Shown here one piece after another: positions 48,054 to 56,808 of a stretch of 64,000 bases of DNA (position 1 is the stretch's first letter; each line of letters starts with the position of its first letter). This DNA is from an uncultured Bacillota bacterium (GTDB taxonomy: Bacteria > Bacillota_I > Bacilli_A > RF39 > UBA660). The notes beneath the pieces are model-generated. The model worked only from the letters and a program-made list of their open reading frames with translations, had not been told where the DNA came from and ran no database searches. Location of the stretch: NCBI GenBank assembly GCA_905212975.1, contig CAJMGO010000004.1:4044-68043 (forward strand), given 5' to 3'. Position numbers and translations under genes: made by a program.

Positions 48054-50699
48054 ATGGAAAATATAGTAAGAAAAATAGAAAAAATTAATTCAATTAATAA
48101 AAAAAGAATGTATTTATCAAAAAAAATACAACTATTAAATTATAATGATAAAATAAAACTTTTAAATGCCCTAATAGATAGTGCAACTACAAAGTATGAA
48201 AAACTAAGTAATTTGAAAAAACAATATGAAAAGTATTTAAAAACAAATAGAGTATTTAAATCTATTAGTGAAATAGAAAAATTTAAAGAAAACATAGATT
48301 TATATAAAGAAATTAAAGACTATATTGAGGTAGAACATAGTATTAAAATAAAAAATAAAAATTTATTATTTAAAATTAACGATACAGAAATTAAAAATAT
48401 TGATGTTATTCTTAATAGAAATACTTATGTTCTATTTGATAAGTTAAATTATGAATTTGATACAGATAAAAGGATTTTAATATTAATTCAATTAAAACAA
48501 ATATATTCAAAAGCAAATATCAAAATAAAAAAAGAAAATTTTGGATCTGAATATAAGACTTTTGAACGAATATATAGATATATAAATAATTTGATAAAAA
48601 TAGAGTATGAAATAAAGGATAAAATTAAAGCAAGTAAAAAAGAAATAATTGTTAAAAAGAAATATTATTATCCTGTATTGAAACTAAATGAAAAGCAAAT
48701 ATTAACCATTGATTTGAAAATTAATACGAATATATTAGAAACATTAAAAAAACTAGAAAATGAAACAGATATAAATAAAAGAATAAAACTATTAAATTTA
48801 TTGAAAAGTAAATGTATAGATATTTATTCCACACTAGAAAAGAATACTTCAAAAGAAATTTATAAATATGTAAAAGAAATTGAGGAATATTCTAATGAAG
48901 CTATAAAAATAGAACATAAAAAGAGAAAAAATATTTCAAAAAAGAATAGCAATGAAATAAATAATAATTCAAAATTGTCGAAAAAAGAGCTAGAAGTAGT
49001 TGATAAAATTAAAAATAATGATTGTTTAGACAGATATACTTTATTAGAAATTTTAACAGCATATAAGTATTTAGTTATGAATTATGTTAAAGACTATTCA
49101 ATAAGTATTCTTAATGTATCAAAGTATATATCTAACAAAATAATTGATGAAGAAATTAAAGATGATAAAGATATTGTTATGATAAATTCAATAAAAGATA
49201 CAATTAGATATAGATTACTTTCGTTAAATAAAAATGATGATAATGAATTGGAACGTTCTATATTAAAGGAATTGAGAATTGTATTTGATTTTATTTGTAA
49301 AAATTATAAAGAAGATACAAAAAGTACAGAACATGATTATAGATGTGATGTCATAAAATACTATTTAAAAGATGAAAATGGATATCCATATGTAAAAAAA
49401 ATAATTAATTATATGCCAGAAATAGTAAATGTTAGAGTAAAAGAACATAGTAATGAACATATAATTATAAATATATTAAAGGAATATATCTATAATTATA
49501 AAGAAATGTTAAAAGATAAAAATGGTTGTTTTATAAATCCAGATTATTTAAAACAAGTATATTTATTATTCATGAACAATAGTAATTTGAAGTTGAATTT
49601 TGAAGATAAAGTAACAATTGACTATATATTAGATGATTTTATACTTTATCTAGATAAAGAAATATATAAAGAAGATAGAAAAACCTTAGCAAAAAAAGAA
49701 GTAAGAAAATTAAAAAGTCAATATTTATATTATGAAAAGAAATTAAAATTTAGAAAAGTTGATGAAAGACAATTAAGATGGCAAACTGAGTTATTATCAA
49801 ATAATAGAACACATTGTTTGAAAAAAGACAATAGAGTAAATGTATTAGATGACTGTATCACATTAAATGGAATTAATGCTTATTCATTATCTCAAGATGG
49901 TGATAAGAGAAAACTTAAAATACATGTAATAGATACAAGTAAAATTGTCGCACCATATACATCAGTGGATAGTAAAATTTATAACTGCATGATTGAACAT
50001 GAAAAAATTAGTGAAAATATAAAAAGAAAATTAGCATTAAAATATAATGAAGAAAATCCTACAATTACATATGAATTTAATATTGAAAAAGGTAATTGTA
50101 TTACAGATTTTAAGATTTATAAAAGTAAAATCTTCATAGATGAGGAAAATAATACTTTATTGAAAAACTTAAGTCAATTATCCAAAAAAATTCTAGCTTC
50201 TAAGAATATTAAAGATTTCGAAAGCTATACAATTGATGAATCTATTGAAATATTACTTAATGAAGAATTTATAAATTATATTGATGAAAATAAACTACCA
50301 TTTATTTATTGTGGAAAAGAATATATAAATGATTATATAAATCATATGAATAATTTAAGTAATATATTTAATAGGTTGAATGTAATTGATTTTAAGAAGT
50401 TATACACTATTATTAGTAATAATGTAGGTGAATATAATTATTCTACAAAAGCATTCGAAGTTGATGGAACATATAATTTAAATTTAATAAATGACATTAA
50501 TTATTTATTTATTTTTAATCAACGATTAATTACAGATATTATTTTTAATAACCAAAAGCTTAAAGATAAATCAAAATATTTAAAAGAATGTGAAAAATTA
50601 GAGCATGAGTTAAATCTAAGTATTAATCATATTAAGCCAGAAGATATAGTATTTAAAAATAATGCTAAAAGGAATAAATTAAAACAATTTAATTTGTGA
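48054..50699 (+). CDS. Large (881 aa) Lys/Asn/Ile-rich hypothetical protein co-transcribed with dnaB-dnaI
   Basis: Begins 12 nt after the dnaI stop. No recognisable catalytic motifs. A short stretch (NVLDDCITLNG...KLKIHVIDTSKIV) loosely recalls the RNB-fold motif I, but catalytic Asp residues are absent. Confidence 0.5.
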   Translation: MENIVRKIEKINSINKKRMYLSKKIQLLNYNDKIKLLNALIDSATTKYEKLSNLKKQYEKYLKTNRVFKSISEIEKFKENIDLYKEIKDYIEVEHSIKIKNKNLLFKINDTEIKNIDVILNRNTYVLFDKLNYEFDTDKRILILIQLKQIYSKANIKIKKENFGSEYKTFERIYRYINNLIKIEYEIKDKIKASKKEIIVKKKYYYPVLKLNEKQILTIDLKINTNILETLKKLENETDINKRIKLLNLLKSKCIDIYSTLEKNTSKEIYKYVKEIEEYSNEAIKIEHKKRKNISKKNSNEINNNSKLSKKELEVVDKIKNNDCLDRYTLLEILTAYKYLVMNYVKDYSISILNVSKYISNKIIDEEIKDDKDIVMINSIKDTIRYRLLSLNKNDDNELERSILKELRIVFDFICKNYKEDTKSTEHDYRCDVIKYYLKDENGYPYVKKIINYMPEIVNVRVKEHSNEHIIINILKEYIYNYKEMLKDKNGCFINPDYLKQVYLLFMNNSNLKLNFEDKVTIDYILDDFILYLDKEIYKEDRKTLAKKEVRKLKSQYLYYEKKLKFRKVDERQLRWQTELLSNNRTHCLKKDNRVNVLDDCITLNGINAYSLSQDGDKRKLKIHVIDTSKIVAPYTSVDSKIYNCMIEHEKISENIKRKLALKYNEENPTITYEFNIEKGNCITDFKIYKSKIFIDEENNTLLKNLSQLSKKILASKNIKDFESYTIDESIEILLNEEFINYIDENKLPFIYCGKEYINDYINHMNNLSNIFNRLNVIDFKKLYTIISNNVGEYNYSTKAFEVDGTYNLNLINDINYLFIFNQRLITDIIFNNQKLKDKSKYLKECEKLEHELNLSINHIKPEDIVFKNNAKRNKLKQFNL

Positions 50700-50930
50700 T
50701 TGACAAATTAAAAATTAGTGGTAAAATTTAAGTAATAGTTTTGATTTGGACATGATTATTGAATAAAACTAATTTTAGCGATTTAGGAATGGTGAAAGCC
50801 TAAAAGTAAAATTTAATAATTACTACCAATGAACTGAACTCAAAAGAGTTTCCGGGTTATTCCGTTAAAAATATAAAAGTAAAAAAAAGGATGGTACCGT
50901 GCTTTCTGCACTCCTTAGTACTATTCTTTT
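50700..50930 (+). promoter_or_regulatory. T-box riboswitch leader (Thr specifier ACC) controlling the downstream small-ORF/thrS operon
   Basis: Conserved T-box sequence AGGATGGTACCGTG (50888-50901). Candidate specifier ACCA at 50824-50827. Terminator hairpin and T-run end at about 50925, just before RBS GGAGGAG. Confidence 0.6.
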
Positions 50931-50951
50931 TTGCGTTTTGGAGGAGTATGT

Positions 50952-51398
50952 ATGAACGTAAGTAGAAAAAACATTTTGGAAATAAGAGAGTTTATGTGGA
51001 ATTTTTTAAATCTTAAGTATGATGGAAAATTGAAGTTAACACATGAAGAGTTTTCAAATTATTTAATTATGAAAGGGAAAACACACTTAACACATGTTAA
51101 TTTTAAAAAAATAAAAAAAGAAGATATATTAAATGGTACATATATTTTAGTAAGAGATGATGTAGGCAAAATTATTCCGTATGAAAGGCCAATAAATCTT
51201 TCTATGTTATGCAATCAAATTAAACAAAATGAGGAAAAATTAAAGAGAGACTTAGTAAGAAAAAGATATCTGGAAGAACAAGGTTATAGAGAACTTCCAA
51301 ATGGGGAAGTATTATCGAATGATTTTTTCGAGGCAGAACCTTGTATTACACAAAAATTAAATAGAGTTAAGACTTTAATAAGAAGAGGAATAAGATAA
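50952..51398 (+). CDS. Hypothetical 148 aa protein between the T-box leader and thrS
   Basis: RBS GGAGGAG. No known motif. 17 nt upstream of thrS. Confidence 0.45.
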   Translation: MNVSRKNILEIREFMWNFLNLKYDGKLKLTHEEFSNYLIMKGKTHLTHVNFKKIKKEDILNGTYILVRDDVGKIIPYERPINLSMLCNQIKQNEEKLKRDLVRKRYLEEQGYRELPNGEVLSNDFFEAEPCITQKLNRVKTLIRRGIR

Positions 51399-51415
51399 GT
51401 AAAGAGGAGAATAAT

Positions 51416-53173
51416 ATGATTAATTTTAAAGAAAATGAAGATTTAAATAAATTAAATCATAGTTGTGCGCATTTACTTGCACATGCTATAAAACATTTAT
51501 ATCCAAATGCAAAGTTTTGGGTAGGCCCTGTTGTGGAAGAAGGATTTTATTATGATATTGATTTAGGTGATGATGTAATAAAAGAAGATGATTTACCTAA
51601 AATAGAGAAAGAAATGAAAAAAATCAGTAAGGACAATAAGTTAATTAAAAGAATAGAGCTTACTAAACAAAATGCATTAGAAATGTTTAAAGATGATCCA
51701 TATAAAATAGATTTAATTAGAAGAATGAATGAAAACGATACAGTAATTTCTGCATACCAACAAGGTGATTTTATTGATTTATGCAGAGGACCGCATATGA
51801 ATTCTACGAAAGATATGAAGTATTTTAAACTTGTAAAAGTAAGTGGAGCATATTGGAAAGGTGATTCAAAAAACAAAATGCTTCAAAGAATTTATGGCGT
51901 TTGTTTTGAAAAAGAAGAAGATTTGATGAACTATTTATCTTATCTTGAAGAAGCAAAGCTACGTGATCATAGAAAAATAGGTAAAGATCTAGATTTATTT
52001 ATGACTGATGATTTAGTTGGTAGGGGATTACCTATGTTTTTACCAAATGGATATATAATATGGCAAGAATTAGAAAATTATATAAAAAACAAAGAAAAAA
52101 GGCTTGGATATCAACATGTTATGACACCATGTGTTGGAAATGTAGAATTATATAAAACAAGTGGACATTGGGAACATTATAAAGAAAACATGTTTCCTGC
52201 AATGGAGGTCGATGGAGAAAGTTTTGTGTTAAGACCAATGAATTGTCCTCATCACATGATGATATATGCTAATAAATTACATTCATATAGGGATTTACCT
52301 ATAAGAATTGGTGAAATTGCTCATGATTTTAGATATGAATCAAGTGGTTCATTAAAAGGAATAGAAAGAGGAAGACATTTTTGCCAAAATGATGCACATT
52401 TATTTGTAACACCTGAACAAATAAAGGATGAATTTAAAAAAGTTGTTGATTTAATACTAGATACATATAAAGACTTTGGAATTAAAGACTATAGATTTGT
52501 TTTATCTCTTCGTGATTCAGAGGATAAAGAAAAGTATCATCAAGATGATGAAATGTGGGAAAAAGCAGAAAATGGACTTAGAGAGGTTCTAAATGAACTT
52601 GGTATTAATTATACTGAAGAAATAGGAGAGGCAGCTTTTTATGGCCCAAAGTTAGATGTTAATGTTAGACCTGCTGTTGGTAATGAATATACATTATCTA
52701 CTTGTCAATTAGATTTTTGTTTACCTGCTAAATTCGATTTAAAATATGTTGATAAGGATGGGTCAAAGAAAACACCTGTTGTATTACATAGAGCAATATT
52801 AGGTTCAATTGATAGGTTTATGGCTTATATTTTAGAGGAAACAAAAGGGAATCTTCCACTTTGGTTATCACCAGTACAAGTTAATATAATTCCTGTTAAT
52901 AATGAATATCATCTAGAATATTGTAACAAGTTACATGAAAAATTATTGGATGAAAATATAAGGGTTGAACTTGACAACAGAGATGAAAAATTATCATATA
53001 AAATACGTGAAAGTCAAACTCATAAAATTCCATTTACATTAATAATTGGCCAAAATGAAGTTGATAATAATTTAATAAGTTATAGAAAATTTGGTACCAC
53101 AGAAACAGTAACTATATCTATTGATGAACTTATAATATTACTAAAAAAAGCAATAAAAAATAAAGAATTATAA
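51416..53173 (+). CDS. thrS: Threonyl-tRNA synthetase lacking the N-terminal TGS (N1) domain
   Basis: Begins directly with the N2/editing-domain motif HSCAHLLAHAIKHLYPNAKFWVGPVVEEGFYYDID. Class II catalytic core (RGPH, FRYESSG, HRAILGSIDRF) and anticodon-binding domain. 585 aa versus ~640 for canonical ThrRS. Confidence 0.9.
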   Translation: MINFKENEDLNKLNHSCAHLLAHAIKHLYPNAKFWVGPVVEEGFYYDIDLGDDVIKEDDLPKIEKEMKKISKDNKLIKRIELTKQNALEMFKDDPYKIDLIRRMNENDTVISAYQQGDFIDLCRGPHMNSTKDMKYFKLVKVSGAYWKGDSKNKMLQRIYGVCFEKEEDLMNYLSYLEEAKLRDHRKIGKDLDLFMTDDLVGRGLPMFLPNGYIIWQELENYIKNKEKRLGYQHVMTPCVGNVELYKTSGHWEHYKENMFPAMEVDGESFVLRPMNCPHHMMIYANKLHSYRDLPIRIGEIAHDFRYESSGSLKGIERGRHFCQNDAHLFVTPEQIKDEFKKVVDLILDTYKDFGIKDYRFVLSLRDSEDKEKYHQDDEMWEKAENGLREVLNELGINYTEEIGEAAFYGPKLDVNVRPAVGNEYTLSTCQLDFCLPAKFDLKYVDKDGSKKTPVVLHRAILGSIDRFMAYILEETKGNLPLWLSPVQVNIIPVNNEYHLEYCNKLHEKLLDENIRVELDNRDEKLSYKIRESQTHKIPFTLIIGQNEVDNNLISYRKFGTTETVTISIDELIILLKKAIKNKEL

Positions 53174-53199
53174 AAAAAGGAGAAAAATCCTTTTTTTTG
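53174..53199 (+). terminator. Terminator after thrS
   Basis: AAAAAGGA-gaaaaa-TCCTTTTT followed by T-run. Confidence 0.5.
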
Positions 53200-53257
53200 T
53201 AATATTTAATCCTTTTTATCATAGTTTTAATTAGATATGCACTAGGGGAGGATACAA

Positions 53258-53764
53258 ATGATAAATAAAAAGAATTTATGGTTTTTGACATTATTTAGTT
53301 TAATTTTAGTATTGAGTGTGTATTATGTTACAATGCCAACAGAATTATTGATAACAAATAATTCTAATTTTGTAACTAAAGATACTAGTGAAGAGGATAC
53401 AAAAGTTTCTATAGAAGAAAATGAAGTAATAACAGCTTTAAAAGTTGCTGATGATGAAGAATATTTAAAAGAATTAGATACATTAAAATTAGTATTAATG
53501 GACAATAAGTCAAGTGTTGAAGAAAAAAATGATGCATTTGATAAAATGAAAGATTTAAATACAAATAAGAATAAAGAAGAAGAGTTGGAAAATTTGATAG
53601 AATCTTCATATAAATTAAAATCTTTTATAAAAATAAAAAATAATCAAGTTAAAGTTGTTATATCTGGTAGTGAACATGATACAACACTAGCTAACAATAT
53701 AATGAATACAATTCAAGAAAAATTTGAAACAAAAATGTATGTAACTGTACAGTTTAGTGCTTAA
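53258..53764 (+). CDS. SpoIIIAH-like sporulation protein
   Basis: N-terminal LWFLTLFSLILVLSVYYVTMP matches B. subtilis SpoIIIAH VWLLTMLSLVVVLSVYYIMSP. Acidic linker. C-terminal VKVVISGSEHDTTLANNIMNTIQEKFETKMYVTVQF resembles the SpoIIIAH C-terminus. Confidence 0.6.
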   Translation: MINKKNLWFLTLFSLILVLSVYYVTMPTELLITNNSNFVTKDTSEEDTKVSIEENEVITALKVADDEEYLKELDTLKLVLMDNKSSVEEKNDAFDKMKDLNTNKNKEEELENLIESSYKLKSFIKIKNNQVKVVISGSEHDTTLANNIMNTIQEKFETKMYVTVQFSA

Positions 53765-53790
53765 AGTTCATAAATATATGAACTTTTTTT
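53763..53790 (+). terminator. Terminator after the SpoIIIAH-like gene
   Basis: AAGTTCAT-aaatat-ATGAACTT followed by T7. Confidence 0.65.
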
Positions 53791-53800
53791 TAGTAAAAAA

Positions 53801-53833
53801 ACATACACATTGTATATTTAAATACATACAATA
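53801..53833 (+). promoter_or_regulatory. Candidate sigma-K-type promoter for gerE
   Basis: ACATAC...CATACAATA: the -10 fits the sigma-K consensus CATA---TA, with an AC-rich -35 about 18 nt upstream. gerE is sigma-K dependent in B. subtilis. Confidence 0.3.
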
Positions 53834-53879
53834 ATATGAATAAAAATATAATCCATCATCTTAGAAAGAGAGGGAGTTT

Positions 53880-54086
53880 ATGAAAAAAAGCATATTAACA
53901 AAAAGAGAAAAAGAAGTCTTTGAATTGTTAATACAAAATAATACAACTGTTCAAATTTCTGAAAAATTAAAAATTAGTGAAAAAACAGTTAGAAATCATA
54001 TATCAAATGCTATGCAAAAGCTTGGAGTCAAAGGCAGAGCAAGTGCTGTTGTAGAATTACTTAAACTTGGTGAAATTACACTATAA
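53880..54086 (+). CDS. gerE: Sporulation transcription regulator GerE (LuxR-type HTH)
   Basis: 68 aa. TKREKEVFELLIQNNTTVQISEKLKISEKTVRNHISNAMQKLGVKGRASAVVELLKLGEI is nearly identical in pattern to B. subtilis GerE. Confidence 0.9.
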   Translation: MKKSILTKREKEVFELLIQNNTTVQISEKLKISEKTVRNHISNAMQKLGVKGRASAVVELLKLGEITL

Positions 54087-54110
54087 AATCGCATTAAAGC
54101 GGTTTTTTTT
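54083..54110 (+). terminator. Terminator after gerE
   Basis: AAAATCGC-attaaa-GCGGTTTT followed by T-run. Confidence 0.5.
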
Positions 54111-54134
54111 CATACTATTAATTAAAGAGGTGAA

Positions 54135-55091
54135 ATGGTGTTAAAAAAGAGGATACTAAATAGAATTATAATTACATCGGCTACGTTATTTACTTTATTT
54201 TTACTTACTTTAATGCCTAAAACTAATGTATTAGAAGTTGAAAAAAAATTGGAATATGTTGATTATACTTTAGAAAGTAATGTCATTTATTTAATTGATC
54301 AATATGATTACGTTTCAAGAACAACTGTCGCCCTTGAACATAATGAGAAAATAGATCAAAAAGCAAAGGAATTATTAGAGCTTCTAATAATTTCAGGAAA
54401 AGAAGAAAGCAAAATTCCAAGTGGTTTCAAACCAGTAATTCCAAGTGATACAAAAATATTGAGCGTTGAATATGTCGAAGGTACAATTAAGGTAAATTTT
54501 TCGATTGAATTTTTAAATATAGAAGAATTTAACGAAAGCAAAGTAATAGAATCAATTGTGTATACATTAACATCCATAGAAAATGTAAAAAATGTTATAA
54601 TATATGTAAATGGTGATGTACTAACAAAGCTGCCATCTGGGAAAATTCTTCCAACATCATTAGATAGAGGCTATGGAATTAATAAAGAATATGATATTAC
54701 AACTTACAAAAATATTGATAAAATAACAATATATTATTTAAGTAAATATAATGATAATATTTATTATGTACCAGTTACTAAGTATATTGATGGTGGTAGT
54801 GATAAAATAGATGTAATTGTTCAAGAATTATCTAAGGGTTCATTATATCATAACAATTTAATAAGCTATCTAAATAATAATACTAAAATATTAAATAAGA
54901 AAAATGATAATAGCAGTATATATTTAACATTTAATGAAAATATTTTTGATAATATTGATACGTATAATATACTAGAAGAGGTTATTAACACAATAAGTTT
55001 ATCAATTGGTGATAATTATGATGTTGATGAAGTTATATTTAATTATAATGGAAAAGAAATTTATAAAAGTGTTATAAAAACTATTGAATAA
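54135..55091 (+). CDS. gerM: GerM-like sporulation/germination protein (GerMN domains)
   Basis: N-terminal TM anchor. YYVPVTKYIDGGSDKIDVIVQELSKGS matches B. subtilis GerM YYVPVTKRIDNSEKDDITAAINELAKGPS. Confidence 0.7.
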   Translation: MVLKKRILNRIIITSATLFTLFLLTLMPKTNVLEVEKKLEYVDYTLESNVIYLIDQYDYVSRTTVALEHNEKIDQKAKELLELLIISGKEESKIPSGFKPVIPSDTKILSVEYVEGTIKVNFSIEFLNIEEFNESKVIESIVYTLTSIENVKNVIIYVNGDVLTKLPSGKILPTSLDRGYGINKEYDITTYKNIDKITIYYLSKYNDNIYYVPVTKYIDGGSDKIDVIVQELSKGSLYHNNLISYLNNNTKILNKKNDNSSIYLTFNENIFDNIDTYNILEEVINTISLSIGDNYDVDEVIFNYNGKEIYKSVIKTIE

Positions 55092-55137
55092 AAGAAATTT
55101 TTATTGTATAATTGTCTTGTTCAGTTAGAACAGGAAT

Positions 55138-55214
<77 letters not shown>

Positions 55215-55224
55215 TAATGAAAAT

Positions 55225-55250
55225 AACCGTTGAAATTCAACGGTTTTTTT
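55225..55250 (+). terminator. Terminator after tRNA-Arg
   Basis: CCGTTG-aaatt-CAACGG followed by T7. Confidence 0.65.
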
Positions 55251-55261
55251 GTTTATTGCTC

Positions 55262-55318
55262 TTGATTAGGATTCGAACAACACGACCATAAAGAAGTGCA
55301 ATTTCTATCCAGCTTCTA
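55262..55318 (-). other. Inverted partial copy (D-loop to T-arm) of tRNA-Arg(TCT): a pseudo-tRNA remnant
   Basis: The minus-strand read GCTGGATAGA..ACTTCTTT..GGTCG..GTTCGAATCC shares D-loop, anticodon-loop (TCT) and T-loop blocks with the tRNA-Arg 50 bp upstream. It lacks the acceptor stem and CCA. It overlaps the stop of the REase-like gene. Confidence 0.4.
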
Positions 55319-56069
55319 AATAGTGAATTTTATCAAATAATAGGGAAATGAAATTTTTTTTAATAGTAAATTCTAAACTTTTGTTACTATATGTTCCAAT
55401 CTTATCACCACTTTTAATAAGTCTAGCAACAATACTTATTTCTATAATTCCTCTTTCTAATAAATTTAAAAAAGTTTCAAATGATTTTAGTTTATATAAT
55501 TCTAGTGAATAATACCTATAATAAATAACATCATCAATAATTTTTTTACTAGCCCTTATTAAAGCTAGTTTATTTAATTTTAGGCATAAATGATCTTTTA
55601 ATTTGTCTAAGTAAACAAAGGATTCTCTTTCAATTAGTTCATTATTTTTATTGTAAACACATAATATTAATATTTCACTTTTTTTATCAATTTCAAATTT
55701 AAATTTAAAATTATTATTTACGCAACATGGATTCTTACAATTAAGTGTTGCAATAAAAATATTTTTATCACTTATATCTTTATCTGGATATCCATATTTT
55801 TCAATTATTCTATTAATTTCAGGAAATGTCGGGCCATCAAAAGCAGTATTAAATAAATGTAAAGGATATCGGCTAAATCGTGTCGAACATTTTATTTCTA
55901 TATCTTTGTAATCAGGAAAAAACATTGAATCAATTTTTTTATTAATTTCATTTTCAAATGTTAATCCAACATTACCATAACTTTTATATTTACTTTTTAT
56001 CCAACCTTTATTATTTATTTTACAAAATTCATTTATTAAACTTTTCATATTTTCATCCATAATAATCAC
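55305..56069 (-). CDS. Orphan PD-(D/E)xK nuclease, type II restriction-endonuclease-like (MvaI/BcnI-like?)
   Basis: 254 aa, no TM. Candidate active site FPDYKDIEIKCS (PD...D/E-x-K). No methyltransferase gene adjacent. Followed by a 370-bp ORF-less AT-rich tract. Confidence 0.35.
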   Translation of the reverse strand: MIIMDENMKSLINEFCKINNKGWIKSKYKSYGNVGLTFENEINKKIDSMFFPDYKDIEIKCSTRFSRYPLHLFNTAFDGPTFPEINRIIEKYGYPDKDISDKNIFIATLNCKNPCCVNNNFKFKFEIDKKSEILILCVYNKNNELIERESFVYLDKLKDHLCLKLNKLALIRASKKIIDDVIYYRYYSLELYKLKSFETFLNLLERGIIEISIVARLIKSGDKIGTYSNKSLEFTIKKNFISLLFDKIHYLEAG

Positions 56070-56429
56070 CTCAAATTAAATTTTAGAGTATTAACATAAC
56101 TAAATCAAATGACTGTTTTTGTTATTTCGAATATTTAATAAATATGAAATATATTTTTTTAACATTAATAAATTTGATTTTGAACTTTATAATTATAAAA
56201 AGTAATTTTTTTGTATATAATTAGTTTTTTTTATTTATTTGTGAATTATTATTATATTGGACATAAAATAATTAAAATTAGATATGTGTTAATTATGTTG
56301 CCTTTTATTGCTTTATAAAAATGTATTAATTATTATAAAATATTTTGATTTTGAATATTTATATTACAAAATATTATAATTAAGATTAGTTTAAAGAGCA
56401 TCCTTTCATTCTATGGCGGTCATAGGGCA

Positions 56430-56455
56430 CAAAAAAACTAGTCATAAGACTAGTG
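56430..56455 (-). terminator. Terminator of the minus-strand tRNA operon
   Basis: ACTAGTC-ataa-GACTAGT perfect hairpin followed (on the minus strand) by U7. Confidence 0.65.
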
Positions 56456-56465
56456 GTAAACAAAG

Positions 56466-56552
56466 TGGTGCAGGTGAAGGGACTTGAACCCCCATGTCGT
56501 AAGACACTAGATCCTAAGTCTAGCGCGTCTGCCAATTTCGCCACACCTGCAC
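56466..56552 (-). tRNA. tRNA-Leu (TAG)
   Basis: Minus-strand read GTGCAGGTGTGGCGAAATTGGCAGACGCGCTAGACTTAGGATCTAGTG..(long variable arm)..GGTTCAAGTCCCTTCACCTGCACCA. Anticodon loop CTTAGGA. Confidence 0.85.
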
Positions 56553-56556
56553 AAGA

Positions 56557-56633
56557 TGGTGGACCCTATAGGACTCGAACCTATGACCGCCCGGTTATGA
56601 GCCGGATGCTCTAACCAACTGAGCTAAGGGTCC
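56557..56633 (-). tRNA. tRNA with CAT anticodon (elongator Met or Ile2-lysidine)
   Basis: Minus-strand read GGACCCTTAGCTCAGTTGGTTAGAGCATCCGGCTCATAACCGGGCGGTCATAGGTTCGAGTCCTATAGGGTCCACCA. Confidence 0.8.
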
Positions 56634-56774
56634 ATATATGCATTTAGCACTCTTTAATAATAGCATAACCGGGCAAATTATGCAATAATTTTTAAAGAAA
56701 TTTATAAAAAATATATACATTTTATATTTAATAAGTATTTTTTTTAAATAATTTTATACTATTAAATATCTATA

Positions 56775-56786
56775 TAATATGTTATA
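56775..56786 (+). promoter_or_regulatory. Extended -10 promoter (TGTTATAAT) upstream of cysS
   Basis: ATATGTTATAAT lies 22 nt before RBS GGTGAAGG. No T-box consensus was found in this leader. Confidence 0.4.
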
Positions 56787-56808
56787 ATTTACTAGAAGGT
56801 GAAGGTTT

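Noticed and set aside
48054-50699. Assignment of the 881 aa protein as an RNase II/R (RNB) exoribonuclease
   Set aside because: Only a short motif-I-like stretch (VLDDC...IHVIDTS) is similar. The catalytic Asp positions are K/V. The expected downstream RNB motifs are missing or misplaced (the TSxxRRY-like stretch lies immediately adjacent instead of ~150 aa away).
56410-56430. Short GGCGGTCATAGG stretch resembling part of the adjacent CAT-anticodon tRNA
   Set aside because: It is only ~15 nt long, too short to distinguish from chance. It is mentioned only as context for the tRNA-rich recombination-prone area.
56070-56440. CRISPR array or other tandem repeats in the long AT-rich intergenic tract
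   Set aside because: There are no regularly spaced direct repeats. The tract is only low-complexity A/T-rich sequence with short runs, and no cas genes occur in the window.
56640-56808. T-box leader upstream of cysS (as in B. subtilis)
   Set aside because: There is no GGTGGTACCGCG-like T-box sequence or antiterminator/terminator pair. Only a promoter-like extended -10 and an RBS were found.
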